Shown here piece after piece: positions 51,776 through 61,566 of a stretch of 64,000 nt of DNA (position 1 is the stretch's first letter; every line of letters starts with the position of its first letter). The stretch lies in NCBI GenBank assembly GCA_963769935.1, contig CAVYNY010000007.1:32001-96000 (forward strand), given 5' to 3'. The notes under the pieces are model-generated. The model saw nothing but the letters and a program-made list of their open reading frames with translations. It ran no database searches and was not told where the DNA came from. Source of the DNA: an uncultured delta proteobacterium. Its GTDB lineage: Bacteria; Desulfobacterota; Desulfobacteria; Desulfobacterales; JAFDCJ01. The position numbers were made by a program, and so were the translations under genes.

Positions 51776-51847
51776 GGGCGGGGAAAACCCTGCTCCCTAC
51801 CAAATAGGTTAAGGAAAGTCGTGTAGGGGCGGGCTTTACGCCCGCCC
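51776..51847. repeat. Divergent pair of GTAG-type REP palindromes
   Basis: GTAGGGGCGGGCTTTACGCCCGCCC (+) and GTAGGGAGCAGGGTTTTCCCCGCCC (-). Confidence 0.7.
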
Positions 51848-51930
51848 GGACTCGGTATCGGCCCTTGAAAATCGCTCAGGTTAGGTTAAAATTTTGTTTG
51901 TCCGGGGCGTGGCAAACGAAATATTTTCGG

Positions 51931-53430
51931 CTAATTCGAGAGATTCTTTGGATCCAGCTGCGCCGCTGCCTCTTGGTCCTGCTCATCCCTCCAGCCGCCG
52001 CCCAGGGCTTTGAAAAGCGCCACCAGGTTGGTGGACACGCTGCCGGTGCTTTGGACCAGGGCGTCCTCGGTAGCGTATAACGATCGCTGGGCATCCAGGA
52101 CGTTCAGAAAATCCGTTTGCCCCTGGGTGTAAAGCATTGTCGCCAGGTCGACGGCCTTTCGGTTAGCGCCGACTGCATCAACCAGGCTCCGGCGATGTTC
52201 TTCTTCCTTTGAGGACGCAATCAGCGCATTTTCGACTTCCTGCAGCGCGCTGAGTACAGTCTGCCGGTAGGCGATCAATGATTGATCCTGCACGGCTTTT
52301 TGCAGCTCGATGTTGGAGCGGGTGCGGTTCATATCGAACACATTCCAGCTCACCGAAGGACCAAAAGACCATATCCGACTGGTCCAGTCGAACCATGAAC
52401 TGAAATCAGCAGACCTCAGTCCGGCGGAGCCGAATATGGTAAATTTGGGAAACAGGTCGGCCGTGGCCACGCCGATACGCGCCGTGGCAGCATGAATTTC
52501 CGCTTCTGCAAGGCGGATGTCCGGACGCCGGCGAAGCAGGTCAGCCGGAACGCCCGGCGGCGGTGAGGGGGGAGCCGGGGGAATAATCTCCGGCGGAGAC
52601 AATTCCGGGAGCAGGGCCGCCGGATCCATGCCCAGCAGGACACTCAGGCTGTAAATCGACTGACGGGCCGCGGACTCCAGCAGCGGGATCTGGGCCGCCG
52701 TGGTTGCCACCTGGGCGTCGGCGTTGGCGACGTCCAGACCGCCGACGAATCCGCCCTGAAACCGTTGGCGGGTCAGGTCGGCGCTATGCTTTTGGGCGGC
52801 AAGATTCTGACGGGCTATGGCGATTCGCTGCTGAAATGCGCGCAAATCGATGTAGTTTCGCGCCACCTCGGCCGTCAATGTTACCAGCACGTCCCGCCGT
52901 GTCTCCACAGCGGCTTGCAGGTCGGCGTCGGCGGCTTCGATCTCGCGCCGGACGCCGCCGAAAATGTCAAGTTCCCAGCCGGCATCGAAACCGGCCTGAT
53001 ACTGATTGGAAATAACACCTTCACTTTTGCCGTTGCCGGCTCCCGACGACCGGCTGCGCTGGTAGGCGCCGGTGGCATCCACCGTGGGTCCGATACCGGC
53101 CGCGACGACGCCGCGCGCCGCCCGTGCCTGGCGGATCCGTGCTTCGGCCTGCCTGAGGTCCAGGTTGGATTGAACGGCGCTGTCAACCAGGGAAACCAGC
53201 GTCGGATCGTCGAAAAGGGTCCACCAGCGGGCCAATTCCGTCTCAGCCGCAGTGGCTGATCGGGGCTCAACGGTCGGTCCGGACCAGTCGGCCGGCAGCG
53301 TTGTATGCGGCCGCTGGAAATTCGGCCCGACCATACAGCCGCTCAAGATCGCCGCAGAGAGCCATATCACTAGGACCAAATTTCGTCCGCGCATTCGTTT
53401 TTGAAAAACCGGATTTGCTGTATGTTGCAT
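51931..53430 (-). CDS. Outer membrane efflux lipoprotein (NodT/OprM/TolC family)
   Basis: LSGCMVGP lipobox, WW..F.DP.L, WELDIFG..RR, LLRRRPDI, KALGGGW. Confidence 0.93.
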   Translation of the reverse strand: MQHTANPVFQKRMRGRNLVLVIWLSAAILSGCMVGPNFQRPHTTLPADWSGPTVEPRSATAAETELARWWTLFDDPTLVSLVDSAVQSNLDLRQAEARIRQARAARGVVAAGIGPTVDATGAYQRSRSSGAGNGKSEGVISNQYQAGFDAGWELDIFGGVRREIEAADADLQAAVETRRDVLVTLTAEVARNYIDLRAFQQRIAIARQNLAAQKHSADLTRQRFQGGFVGGLDVANADAQVATTAAQIPLLESAARQSIYSLSVLLGMDPAALLPELSPPEIIPPAPPSPPPGVPADLLRRRPDIRLAEAEIHAATARIGVATADLFPKFTIFGSAGLRSADFSSWFDWTSRIWSFGPSVSWNVFDMNRTRSNIELQKAVQDQSLIAYRQTVLSALQEVENALIASSKEEEHRRSLVDAVGANRKAVDLATMLYTQGQTDFLNVLDAQRSLYATEDALVQSTGSVSTNLVALFKALGGGWRDEQDQEAAAQLDPKNLSN

Positions 53431-53481
53431 ATTCCATGTCCTTTTAAGGCCGAGCCCGGATCCTGCCGCTGGACACCGCTA

Positions 53482-54855
53482 TCATTCGTAGCGCAAGGCT
53501 TCAATCGGGTCCAAGCGCGAGGCTTTCCAGGCCGGGTAAAATCCAAAGACCATGCCGACGCCGGCTGAAACCAGTACAGCAGCGGCAACAGCCGCCGGTG
53601 AAGTTTCCACCGGCCAGTGCAGCAGCAGCCATACGAGGTACGATCCGCCGTGACCCAGCAGGATACCCATGGCACCGCCCACCATACAAAGGACCACGGC
53701 TTCCACCAGGAATTGGCGCAAAATGTCCCGGCCACGGGCACCGACCGCCATGCGCAGCCCGATCTCGCGCGTTCGCTCGGTAACCGAAACGAACATGATG
53801 TTCATGATGCCGACGCCGCCGACCACCAGCGAGATCATGGCCACACACAAAAGCAGATTGGTCATCAAGGTCGTGGTGGAGGAGAGGGTATTGGTCATTT
53901 CGGTCATATCGCGTACGGTGAAGTCTTCCGGCTCACCGGGTTGAATGCGATGACGCTCGCGCAGCACGGCCGTGATTTCCTTGATGGCGGCCGGGATCTC
54001 AGCGGTGCTGCGCGCCGCCGTATAGATCTGGTCGATGTTGGCAAATCGCACCGGCATGGGATTATCGGCCGCCTGAACTGCGGATCTTGCGGGGTAGAGG
54101 CTCGGCGCATCGCCGGGATAAAGGTTGCTCAAAGTGTTGACTGAGCTGGAGGCGGTGTCGCTGCCGGCGCTTTGATTCGTATTTTCCAGGGCGGCGCCCG
54201 TCACGCGGTACTTGATCGTCGTCCAGGGCGCCAGGAGGATATCGTCCTGGTCGCTGCCCATCATGTTGGCCCCCTTGGCGCTCAGCACCCCCACCACTCG
54301 AAAGGGAACGTTTTTTACACGGATCTCCTTGCCGACGGGAAACTCCCCCTGAAACAACTCCCGCGCCACGGTCTGTCCGAGCACGCAGACCTTGCCGGCG
54401 GTGAGAACGTCGCGTTCGCTGAACATCTCGCCTTCGGCCAGGTTGCTCCATTCCCGTATATCCAGAAAAGACGGGGTCGTGCCGTAAATGGACGAAGGCA
54501 CCCAGTTGCGGCTGCCGTAAACCACCTGGGTACGGGCACGCACAACGGGGGCGGCGCTGCGGACGGATGGACACGCGCGCAGGATCGCCTCATAGTCCTG
54601 AGGCTTCAGGGTGGTGACGGTTCCGGCACCGAAGCTGATGCCTCCGCTGGCCGCCGTACCGGGCCTGATCATCATAACGTTGGCACCCATGCTGGCAATG
54701 GTTTTTTGCAGGGCCGACGAGGAGCCGGTACCGATTTCCATCATGGCGATCACAGCTGCCACGCCGATGACGATCCCGAGCGTTGTCAGCATGGCGCGCA
54801 TCGGGTTGCGCTGCAAGGCTTTCATGGCAGTTCGGACGATGCGGTAGGCAGTCAT
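53482..54855 (-). CDS. MacB-like ABC transporter permease
   Basis: LT.LGIVIGVAAVI, SLVVGGVGIMNIM.VSVTERTREIG.R.AVGA, DPIEALRYE. Confidence 0.93.
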   Translation of the reverse strand: MTAYRIVRTAMKALQRNPMRAMLTTLGIVIGVAAVIAMMEIGTGSSSALQKTIASMGANVMMIRPGTAASGGISFGAGTVTTLKPQDYEAILRACPSVRSAAPVVRARTQVVYGSRNWVPSSIYGTTPSFLDIREWSNLAEGEMFSERDVLTAGKVCVLGQTVARELFQGEFPVGKEIRVKNVPFRVVGVLSAKGANMMGSDQDDILLAPWTTIKYRVTGAALENTNQSAGSDTASSSVNTLSNLYPGDAPSLYPARSAVQAADNPMPVRFANIDQIYTAARSTAEIPAAIKEITAVLRERHRIQPGEPEDFTVRDMTEMTNTLSSTTTLMTNLLLCVAMISLVVGGVGIMNIMFVSVTERTREIGLRMAVGARGRDILRQFLVEAVVLCMVGGAMGILLGHGGSYLVWLLLHWPVETSPAAVAAAVLVSAGVGMVFGFYPAWKASRLDPIEALRYE

Positions 54856-55610
54856 CGCACACCTCCCGCTGCCGCTGCGACGGGCAGGGCGTCTATCGGC
54901 AAATCGTCCGCTTTTGCATGCACATCGAAGCTTCCGGCCCTGATCACGCCGTCGTGAATATTGATGACACGCCTGGCATGGCAGGCCACATTGGCGTCGT
55001 GGGTGACCAGGATGATGGTGATGCCCTCCTGTTCGTTGAGCTGCTGGAACATGTGCAGGACGTCTGCGCTGGTGCGTGAGTCCAGGTTGCCCGTGGGCTC
55101 GTCGGCAAAGAGCACCGCCGGACGGTTTACGAGCGCCCGGGCAATCGCCACGCGCTGCTGCTGGCCGCCGGAAAGTTGAGAAGGCTGGTGATCCAGACGC
55201 TCTTGCAGTCCGACCCGGCAGAGCATTTCCTCGGCCCGGCGCCGGGTCTCACGGTCGGATAGACGGGCGGATGCATAGGTCAGCGGCATGGCCACGTTCT
55301 CCAGGGCACTGGTGCGCGGCAGCAGGTTGAAGTTCTGGAAAACGAAGCCAATCTTGTGATTGCGTGCTATGGCACGCTGATCGGGGGACAGCCGGGACAC
55401 TTCCTGCCCGTCGAGCCAGTATTCACCGGAACTCGGACGGTCCAGGCACCCGAGGATATTCATCAGCGTGCTCTTGCCGGATCCGGATGCACCCATCAGG
55501 GCCACCAGCTCTCCCCGGGCCACGACCAGCGACACTCCCTTGAGCACCGGAACATCGAGGTCCCCCATCTGATAGGTTTTGCAAATATGACGCAGTTCAA
55601 TCAGTTCCAT
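54852..55610 (-). CDS. MacB/LolD-like ABC transporter ATP-binding protein
   Basis: GASGSGKS, LSGGQQQRVAIARAL, ADEPTGNLD, VTH. Confidence 0.93.
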   Translation of the reverse strand: MELIELRHICKTYQMGDLDVPVLKGVSLVVARGELVALMGASGSGKSTLMNILGCLDRPSSGEYWLDGQEVSRLSPDQRAIARNHKIGFVFQNFNLLPRTSALENVAMPLTYASARLSDRETRRRAEEMLCRVGLQERLDHQPSQLSGGQQQRVAIARALVNRPAVLFADEPTGNLDSRTSADVLHMFQQLNEQEGITIILVTHDANVACHARRVINIHDGVIRAGSFDVHAKADDLPIDALPVAAAAGGVR

Positions 55611-55624
55611 GACTTAGTTGCCTC

Positions 55625-57001
55625 CTAAGAACCGGACTTCCGTCCGGCGCTGCCGCTGCCGCGCCGCGGGATCTTCGGTGCGAACGGGTTGGTCGTATCG
55701 CTGCCTTCGGCGGCCCGGCTCTGTTGTCCAATAATAATTTCAAGTCCTTCCGTGAGATGATCACCCTCGACTTCCGTCATGCCGCCGTCGGTCAGCCCGA
55801 GGCGTACCCGCACAGGCCGCACCTGTTCACCGTCCGGAATCCAGAGGATTCCTCCCTTCGCTGCGTCGCCGGCAGTCCGGTCCGTTGTTGAGGAATTCGG
55901 CCGGGTGCCTTTGGATTTACCGTCTTGCGCGGCATTGGTCGTCGATGTCTCTTTAAATTGCGGTGCAACTTGCGCCTGAGGCGGCTGCCACCGCAGGGCT
56001 GCGTTCGGAACGAGCAGGACATCGCTGCGGCGGTTCAACTCAAACTGCACATTGGCGCTCAGGTAGGGCAGCAGGCGCCCGTTGCGGTTTTCGGTGACGA
56101 TTTCTACAGTGTAGGTCACGACGTTCTGGGTCATGGAGGCGTTCAAGCGGATTTTTCCGACCTGGCCTTCAAACGTCTCGCCGGGGAACGCATCCAGCGT
56201 GAATGTGACCGGCTGGCCCTGCTGAATCTTGCCGATGTCGGCCTCGTTCACCGCCACCCAGACCTGCATACGGGTAAGGTCTTTGGCAATCAGAAAGAGG
56301 CTGGGGGCATTCAGACTGGCGACGACCGTCTGGCCGATATTGACCCGGCGATCGATAATAACTCCGCTTACCGGAGACGTGATCGTACAGTAGCTGAGGT
56401 TGCGTTGCGCCCGCCGCAAAACGGCCTGCGCCTGGGCCCGACCGGCCTGGGCCTGCAGGATGGCCGCCTTGCCGATCGCCACATTGGCGACCGCGGTCTG
56501 ATAGGCCGCCTGGTAGGCATCGTAGCTGGATTCGGCCAAGGCTTGCGAAGGTCCAAGCTTTCTGGCGCGCTGCCAGTCGCGTTGGGCTTGGTTAAGCTTG
56601 GCATTCAATTGCTGCAAGTCGGCTTCGGCGCGCTGCAGATTCGCCTCGGCGGCCTGAACCTGGGCCTCTGCCTCGGCCGCCTCCGCCGTATACAACGAAT
56701 CATCGATTTTGGCCAAAACCGTACCTTCCGTGACCTTCGAACCGTAATCAACAGATTTGCCGTCCGCGTCCAAGCCGAAAGACAGGATTTGTCCGGCGAC
56801 CTGGGCCCCGACGTCGATCACTTCCTCAGGCTCCACGGTTCCGGTGGCGCTGATGGCAAGGAGCAGATCTCCGCGGGTTACCTGTGCCGTTTGATACGAA
56901 ATTGCCCCTTCACTACCGGGGTTGAGATACCAGCCGGCAACCACAGCGGCCGTTCCCAATACAATGATTGCGATCACTGCTTTTTTTATCAGATGTTGCA
57001 T
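55625..57001 (-). CDS. MacA-like periplasmic adaptor subunit
   Basis: ATGTVEP...VGAQVAG, I.SPVSG, GQTVVAS...P.LF.IA.DL, VPNAALR. Confidence 0.92.
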   Translation of the reverse strand: MQHLIKKAVIAIIVLGTAAVVAGWYLNPGSEGAISYQTAQVTRGDLLLAISATGTVEPEEVIDVGAQVAGQILSFGLDADGKSVDYGSKVTEGTVLAKIDDSLYTAEAAEAEAQVQAAEANLQRAEADLQQLNAKLNQAQRDWQRARKLGPSQALAESSYDAYQAAYQTAVANVAIGKAAILQAQAGRAQAQAVLRRAQRNLSYCTITSPVSGVIIDRRVNIGQTVVASLNAPSLFLIAKDLTRMQVWVAVNEADIGKIQQGQPVTFTLDAFPGETFEGQVGKIRLNASMTQNVVTYTVEIVTENRNGRLLPYLSANVQFELNRRSDVLLVPNAALRWQPPQAQVAPQFKETSTTNAAQDGKSKGTRPNSSTTDRTAGDAAKGGILWIPDGEQVRPVRVRLGLTDGGMTEVEGDHLTEGLEIIIGQQSRAAEGSDTTNPFAPKIPRRGSGSAGRKSGS

Positions 57002-57075
57002 GAGTCCATCCTCCCTGAAACGTATTAAACAGTCGTTAAGTGTTCCGAGGTTTAATCATATGATAGCAATCAATT

Positions 57076-57119
57076 GTGGAGAAAATATGAAGCAAAAGTG
57101 GGGAAATTGTAGAAAATGA
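57076..57119. promoter_or_regulatory. Four 11-bp phased direct repeats upstream of the macA-like gene (putative OmpR-family operator)
   Basis: GTGGAGAAAAT-ATGAAGCAAAA-GTGGGGAAATT-GTAGAAAATGA. Confidence 0.45.
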
Positions 57120-57398
57120 TAATTGCGCGCTTTACTCGGTTGAGGACGCATCGGCCTGCAGGATCAATGACTGGAATTCCATTGCCTGCAACGCCACACA
57201 GGTGTCGGGAGATTGCATGACCGTTGTCGATAACACCTGCCGCAATGTGAATTTCGGCATTATTTTGAATGGTTAGGGAGAAGTAGGTTGACAATGATAC
57301 CGGTATTGGATATTTTGATCGTATTGATGACATCTGGCTGGAAGCATTCCCAACCTGCAGGTTTCCCGAAAAATGACAGCTCAACGGAAAGTAAGGCT

Positions 57399-57806
57399 AT
57401 GGCAAACAGAGCCATCGATTGGCTGAATCAGGCGGAAGGTGACTTGAATCACAGCAAGAATGCCAGGAAGGTCGGCGATTACGACTGGGCGTGTTTTGCC
57501 GCCCAGCAGGCTGCGGAAAAGGCGGTTAAGGGGCTGATGCTTTCAAAAGGCGGTGAGGGCTGGGGCCATTCGGTGATGCGGCTGCTCAAGGATCTTTCCG
57601 CAATTATGAAGATTTCGGAAAGTTTGATCCGATCCGGTATGATGCTGGACAAACATTATATTCCTACCCGCTACCCCAATGGTTTCGACACCGGCGCACC
57701 CAAAGAGTATTACACCGATGAAGAAGCAGAAAAAGCCATCCGGGACGCGCAGCAAATATACGACTTTTGCCGTCAGTCGTTTTCTAAATCCGGAGCCGGT
57801 GATTGA
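57399..57806 (+). CDS. HEPN domain protein
   Basis: W..QA..DL, ACF.AQQAAEKAVK, GHS, LD.HYIPTRYP. Confidence 0.9.
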   Translation: MANRAIDWLNQAEGDLNHSKNARKVGDYDWACFAAQQAAEKAVKGLMLSKGGEGWGHSVMRLLKDLSAIMKISESLIRSGMMLDKHYIPTRYPNGFDTGAPKEYYTDEEAEKAIRDAQQIYDFCRQSFSKSGAGD

Positions 57807-58089
57807 CGAGCTCAAAGCAGCCGTACGGAGGCTAAAAAAACGCCGCCCTGATATACAGGCCGTATATCTTTTCGGCTCTTATGCCTCAGGGACCCCGGGG
57901 CCGAAAAGCGACGCGGATCTCATCATCGTCACCGAAGAAAGCTCCATGGAGGACATCCAAACGCAACTCCTGCAGGTTTCCGTTCCGGTGGATCTCTATC
58001 TGCTGAATCCTACCGTATTCCGGCAAAAAGCGGCTGCGGAAGAAGGCATTGCAGCTGTCGCGGTCCGCAGCGGCATCAAACTCCTTTAA
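57718..58089 (+). CDS. Minimal nucleotidyltransferase (MNT)
   Basis: LFGSYA.G.....SDADL, PVDL; overlaps HEPN; start uncertain (57718 or 57799). Confidence 0.85.
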   Translation: MKKQKKPSGTRSKYTTFAVSRFLNPEPVIDELKAAVRRLKKRRPDIQAVYLFGSYASGTPGPKSDADLIIVTEESSMEDIQTQLLQVSVPVDLYLLNPTVFRQKAAAEEGIAAVAVRSGIKLL

Positions 58090-58155
58090 CCTCCGCCGAA
58101 TATAATAAATACATGTATGATCGACTCTTTTTTTAACGGCGGGAGGTGTAGACCT

Positions 58156-59187
58156 ATGAAGGCACTGGTTTATAAAGGACCTGGAATCATTGAACTCGAA
58201 GATATTGAGCATCCGGTACCGGTTGAAGATGAATCACTCGTCAAAGTTCGGGCTGTGGGTATTTGTGGATCGGATTTTGAGGGGTTTTTAGGTAAGACCG
58301 GCAGGCGGACGCCTCCCATGGTCATGGGCCATGAACTGGCAGGCACAATCGAGATGCCTGCGGCAAAGAGCCGGCTGGAAAAAGGAGATAAAGTCGTCAT
58401 TCAGCCTAAACTTTATTGCGGTGAATGCGCATTTTGCGGCCAGGGTCTCACGAATCTATGCCCCGGGGCCGAGTTTTTCGGTGTCATGTCCAAAAACGGC
58501 GGTATGGCAGAATATCTGGCGGTGCCGGAGCGATGTCTGCATCGCGTCAGAGAGGATCTAAAGGTCCAAAAGGCCTGCATGACTGAACCGCTGGCCGTGG
58601 CTTACCGGGCGGCCCATCAGGTCCCGGAGAACACCCTGCGCCGGGCTGGATACACGCTGCTGGTGGGGGCAGGCACCATTGGGCTTTTGATTTTACAGTT
58701 GATCAGACTCCGAGGCGCTCGCAACATCATCGTCAGCGACATGTCCGATTACCGTCTGGACATCGCTCAAACTTTGGGGGCTGAATTTCGCATCAATCCG
58801 CAGAAAGAAGACTTTCCGGCACGTATTCGGGAGATAACCGCCAACGAGATGGTGGATGTTGCCTTTGAGGCGGTCGGATTTGCCGCATCTGTTTCCCAGG
58901 CCCACAGTGCCCTGAAAAATCGTGGAACCATCGTATGGGTGGGTCTTGCCCAGCAAATGATTGAGATCAGTATGCATCGAATCGTAACTGCAGAATTAAA
59001 TGTTTGCGGCTCTTTTCTCTATTCGGAAAAAGATTTCAGCGATAGTTTGAAGTTGATCGAGGCCGGTAAAATCCAGTTGGATCCAATCATTACAAAGTCA
59101 GTGGACCTGGAGGAGGGTGTAGGAGCTTTTAAGAATCTTCAAAACAACCAAGACGGTCAGATTATAAAGATAATTCTTCAAAGATGA
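58156..59187 (+). CDS. Zinc-dependent MDR dehydrogenase (sorbitol/galactitol-1-P/threonine dehydrogenase-like)
   Basis: GICGSD, GHE, CGECAFC..G..NLC, GAGTIG. Confidence 0.9.
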   Translation: MKALVYKGPGIIELEDIEHPVPVEDESLVKVRAVGICGSDFEGFLGKTGRRTPPMVMGHELAGTIEMPAAKSRLEKGDKVVIQPKLYCGECAFCGQGLTNLCPGAEFFGVMSKNGGMAEYLAVPERCLHRVREDLKVQKACMTEPLAVAYRAAHQVPENTLRRAGYTLLVGAGTIGLLILQLIRLRGARNIIVSDMSDYRLDIAQTLGAEFRINPQKEDFPARIREITANEMVDVAFEAVGFAASVSQAHSALKNRGTIVWVGLAQQMIEISMHRIVTAELNVCGSFLYSEKDFSDSLKLIEAGKIQLDPIITKSVDLEEGVGAFKNLQNNQDGQIIKIILQR

Positions 59188-59350
59188 AAAATCATTTGAA
59201 ATTCTTCTTGAACGCGAAAGCAATACAAGTATATTGAGAACTTTTGATCTTCCGGTCATCGGCCGCTACTTTCCGGAATATGAAAAGGTGATTCGTAAGA
59301 TGATTAGCGGTTAAATTAAGAGCAGAAATCGCCTCATTGCTCAATTGCTC

Positions 59351-60133
59351 TCAGAGTATCGTCAGATCTTCATCTTTGAGGTCCGAGACAAACATATGGC
59401 CCGGGGCATGGGTGATCACCCGGAAAAGCGGGACGGAGGTTGCCGCCAGCTGGGAGGTGACGCCGCAGGCCCAGAAAACGGGAATTTCGCCGGACCGAAT
59501 CGTAACGGGATCACCGAATTGCGGATGATCCAGGTCCTTGATTCCTATTTTCTCTGGATCTCCCAGGTGCACCGGAGCGCCGTGAGTCAAATGAAAGCGG
59601 GTGGTCACCTGAACAGCCCGGATGGCCTGCCGGGGTGTCATGGGGCGCATGGTGACCACCAGCGGCGCCGAAAAGGGGCCGGCCGGGACGCAATTTTGGT
59701 TGGTGGTATACATCGAGACATTTTTGTTTTCTTCGATATTTCTGATCGGCAGACCGGCGGCGAGCATGGCGTTTTCAAACGAAAAACTGCAGCCCAGCAA
59801 AAAGCTGACCGTATCATCCGTAAAAAAATCGCGCACATCTTCGACGTCGGTTTGGTATTCGCCGTTCTCAAAAATTTTGTAGCGCGGAAGATCCGTGCGC
59901 AGATCAGCGCCAGGCGCGATGAGCGGTTCGACCCGACCGGGCTCCAGCACATCCAGGATGGGGCAGGGTTTGGGATTGCGGACGCAGAAAAGCAGAAAAT
60001 TAAAGGCCTCATCCGCCGGCAGCATCACCAGGTTGGCCTGCAGATAGCCTGAGGCGGCGCCCGAGGTGGGTGTGGTCCATTCGCGGTTGCGGATGAGATT
60101 GCGTAATTCTTTGGGGTTTAGATTAGGGTTCAT
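59351..60133 (-). CDS. DUF1445 putative hydro-lyase (YcsI / D-glutamate cyclase family)
   Basis: QANLV, FC.RNPKPCP, GCSFSFE, HGAPVH.GDP, FWACGVT, THAPG.M. Confidence 0.9.
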   Translation of the reverse strand: MNPNLNPKELRNLIRNREWTTPTSGAASGYLQANLVMLPADEAFNFLLFCVRNPKPCPILDVLEPGRVEPLIAPGADLRTDLPRYKIFENGEYQTDVEDVRDFFTDDTVSFLLGCSFSFENAMLAAGLPIRNIEENKNVSMYTTNQNCVPAGPFSAPLVVTMRPMTPRQAIRAVQVTTRFHLTHGAPVHLGDPEKIGIKDLDHPQFGDPVTIRSGEIPVFWACGVTSQLAATSVPLFRVITHAPGHMFVSDLKDEDLTIL

Positions 60134-60156
60134 TACTATTGCGACCTCCATAATTC

Positions 60157-60231
60157 GTTTGCCGGTTTGCCCGTTGCCCCGTGGCCCGTTCTGCATTTAT
60201 ACCGGCTCAACTGGCAAACGGGCAAACCGGC
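60157..60231. repeat. TTGCCCG/CGGGCAA short-period palindrome
   Basis: GTTTGCCGGTTTGCCCGTTGCCCCG ... ACTGGCAAACGGGCAAACCGGC. Confidence 0.65.
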
Positions 60232-60249
60232 CTACTTTTATAAGTACTT

Positions 60250-61449
60250 TTAAATAATCATTATCTCCTCCGGATACTTCCCCAACTGCTCCAAGCCATC
60301 CCGGGTCACCACATGGGTGTTTTCGATGCCGACCACCCCCCGATCCGGAAAGATCAGCTTGGGTTCCAGGGCGATGGTCATGCCTTCCTTTAATTTGAGT
60401 TTTTGACCGGTGGCCAGAAAAGGAAATTCATCCACTTCCAGTCCGATCCCGTGACCGACAAAGCGCACGCGCTCTCTGCCGGTTCCCATAAAATATTGCT
60501 CATAGCCTAATTCAGCGGTTTTTTCCAGGGCCTGATCGTAAATTGCGCCGGAGGGTGTGCCCGGTCTGGCAATTTTTTTTATCATCTCCTGGACCTGCAG
60601 CATGGCGGCATGCGCATCCAGCAGTTCCTGCGGCAAAGCCCCCAGTGAGTAGATGCGGGTATGATCGGAAAGATAGCCGTTGTAGGCAAAGACATAATCA
60701 ACCATAACCGGTTCATGGCGCCGTATGATTTTATAGCCTGGTCCCTGGGCCATCGCCGGACCGGGACCGGCGCCGCCGGTGGGAGAGGACAGATAACTGG
60801 GCACGGCGCCGCTGGGGCCTGACAGCAGATGCCCGTAAAACATTTCACTGCCCCACAGCCGCATCCGTATGGCCCCCTGGTGCCCCAGCCTTCTGGCTTC
60901 GGCTTCAATCAACCCGGCAAGCTCCAGCTCCGTTGCACCTTCGCGCAGGACGCTGGGAACCCAGGCGGCGACCTGATCCGAGAGTGCGGCCGCCCGCCGC
61001 ATGATGCCGATTTCATGGGAAGATTTTACGGCGCGCAGCAGCCGGATCGGATAGGAGATATCCGTTATCTCGATGCCGTTGAAAATCCGTTGATAGTTGA
61101 GAAACATATTGGTGGGCAGGACATCCAACTCCAAGCCCAGGCTTTTGGGCAGGTCATAGCCCCTTGCGTTAAGGATATCCGGAATGTGTCTGGGACTATC
61201 CAGGTGTACGATGGTTGCCAGGTTGGATTCGGCCCTGGCCCGTTCCGTGTTTTTGTTCACCATCAGGACGGGGTCTGCCTCAGCCGGTACGTAGAGACAG
61301 GCCTGCTGGAAGGTGCCGGAAAAATACAGCAGATCGACGCGTTGTACAATCAGGGCGGCATCGATGCCGTTTTGGCTGAGATGGTCCTTTAGGTTATTGA
61401 TGCGCTGTTCAAGTTCCGCCCCGGGGGTGTTGAATTCAGAATTGTACAC
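60250..61449 (-). CDS. M24 family Xaa-Pro peptidase-like protein
   Basis: RAVKS..EI, GY.SD.TR, GHGIGLEVDE.P, ALEP, GIE. Confidence 0.9.
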   Translation of the reverse strand: MYNSEFNTPGAELEQRINNLKDHLSQNGIDAALIVQRVDLLYFSGTFQQACLYVPAEADPVLMVNKNTERARAESNLATIVHLDSPRHIPDILNARGYDLPKSLGLELDVLPTNMFLNYQRIFNGIEITDISYPIRLLRAVKSSHEIGIMRRAAALSDQVAAWVPSVLREGATELELAGLIEAEARRLGHQGAIRMRLWGSEMFYGHLLSGPSGAVPSYLSSPTGGAGPGPAMAQGPGYKIIRRHEPVMVDYVFAYNGYLSDHTRIYSLGALPQELLDAHAAMLQVQEMIKKIARPGTPSGAIYDQALEKTAELGYEQYFMGTGRERVRFVGHGIGLEVDEFPFLATGQKLKLKEGMTIALEPKLIFPDRGVVGIENTHVVTRDGLEQLGKYPEEIMII

Positions 61450-61566
61450 GTGCTAAGAATTCCTTTCCTTTCTGGATACTGGATGCTGGATGTTTTAGGT
61501 GTGCACAACCTAACAATACCGGATACCTTGTGATCATTTGTCATTTGGGGAATTGCGGCGCGTGCT

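Noticed and set aside
57070..57384. 104-aa minus-strand ORF between the macA-like gene and HEPN
   Set aside because: No motif or RBS, and it covers the probable divergent promoter region.
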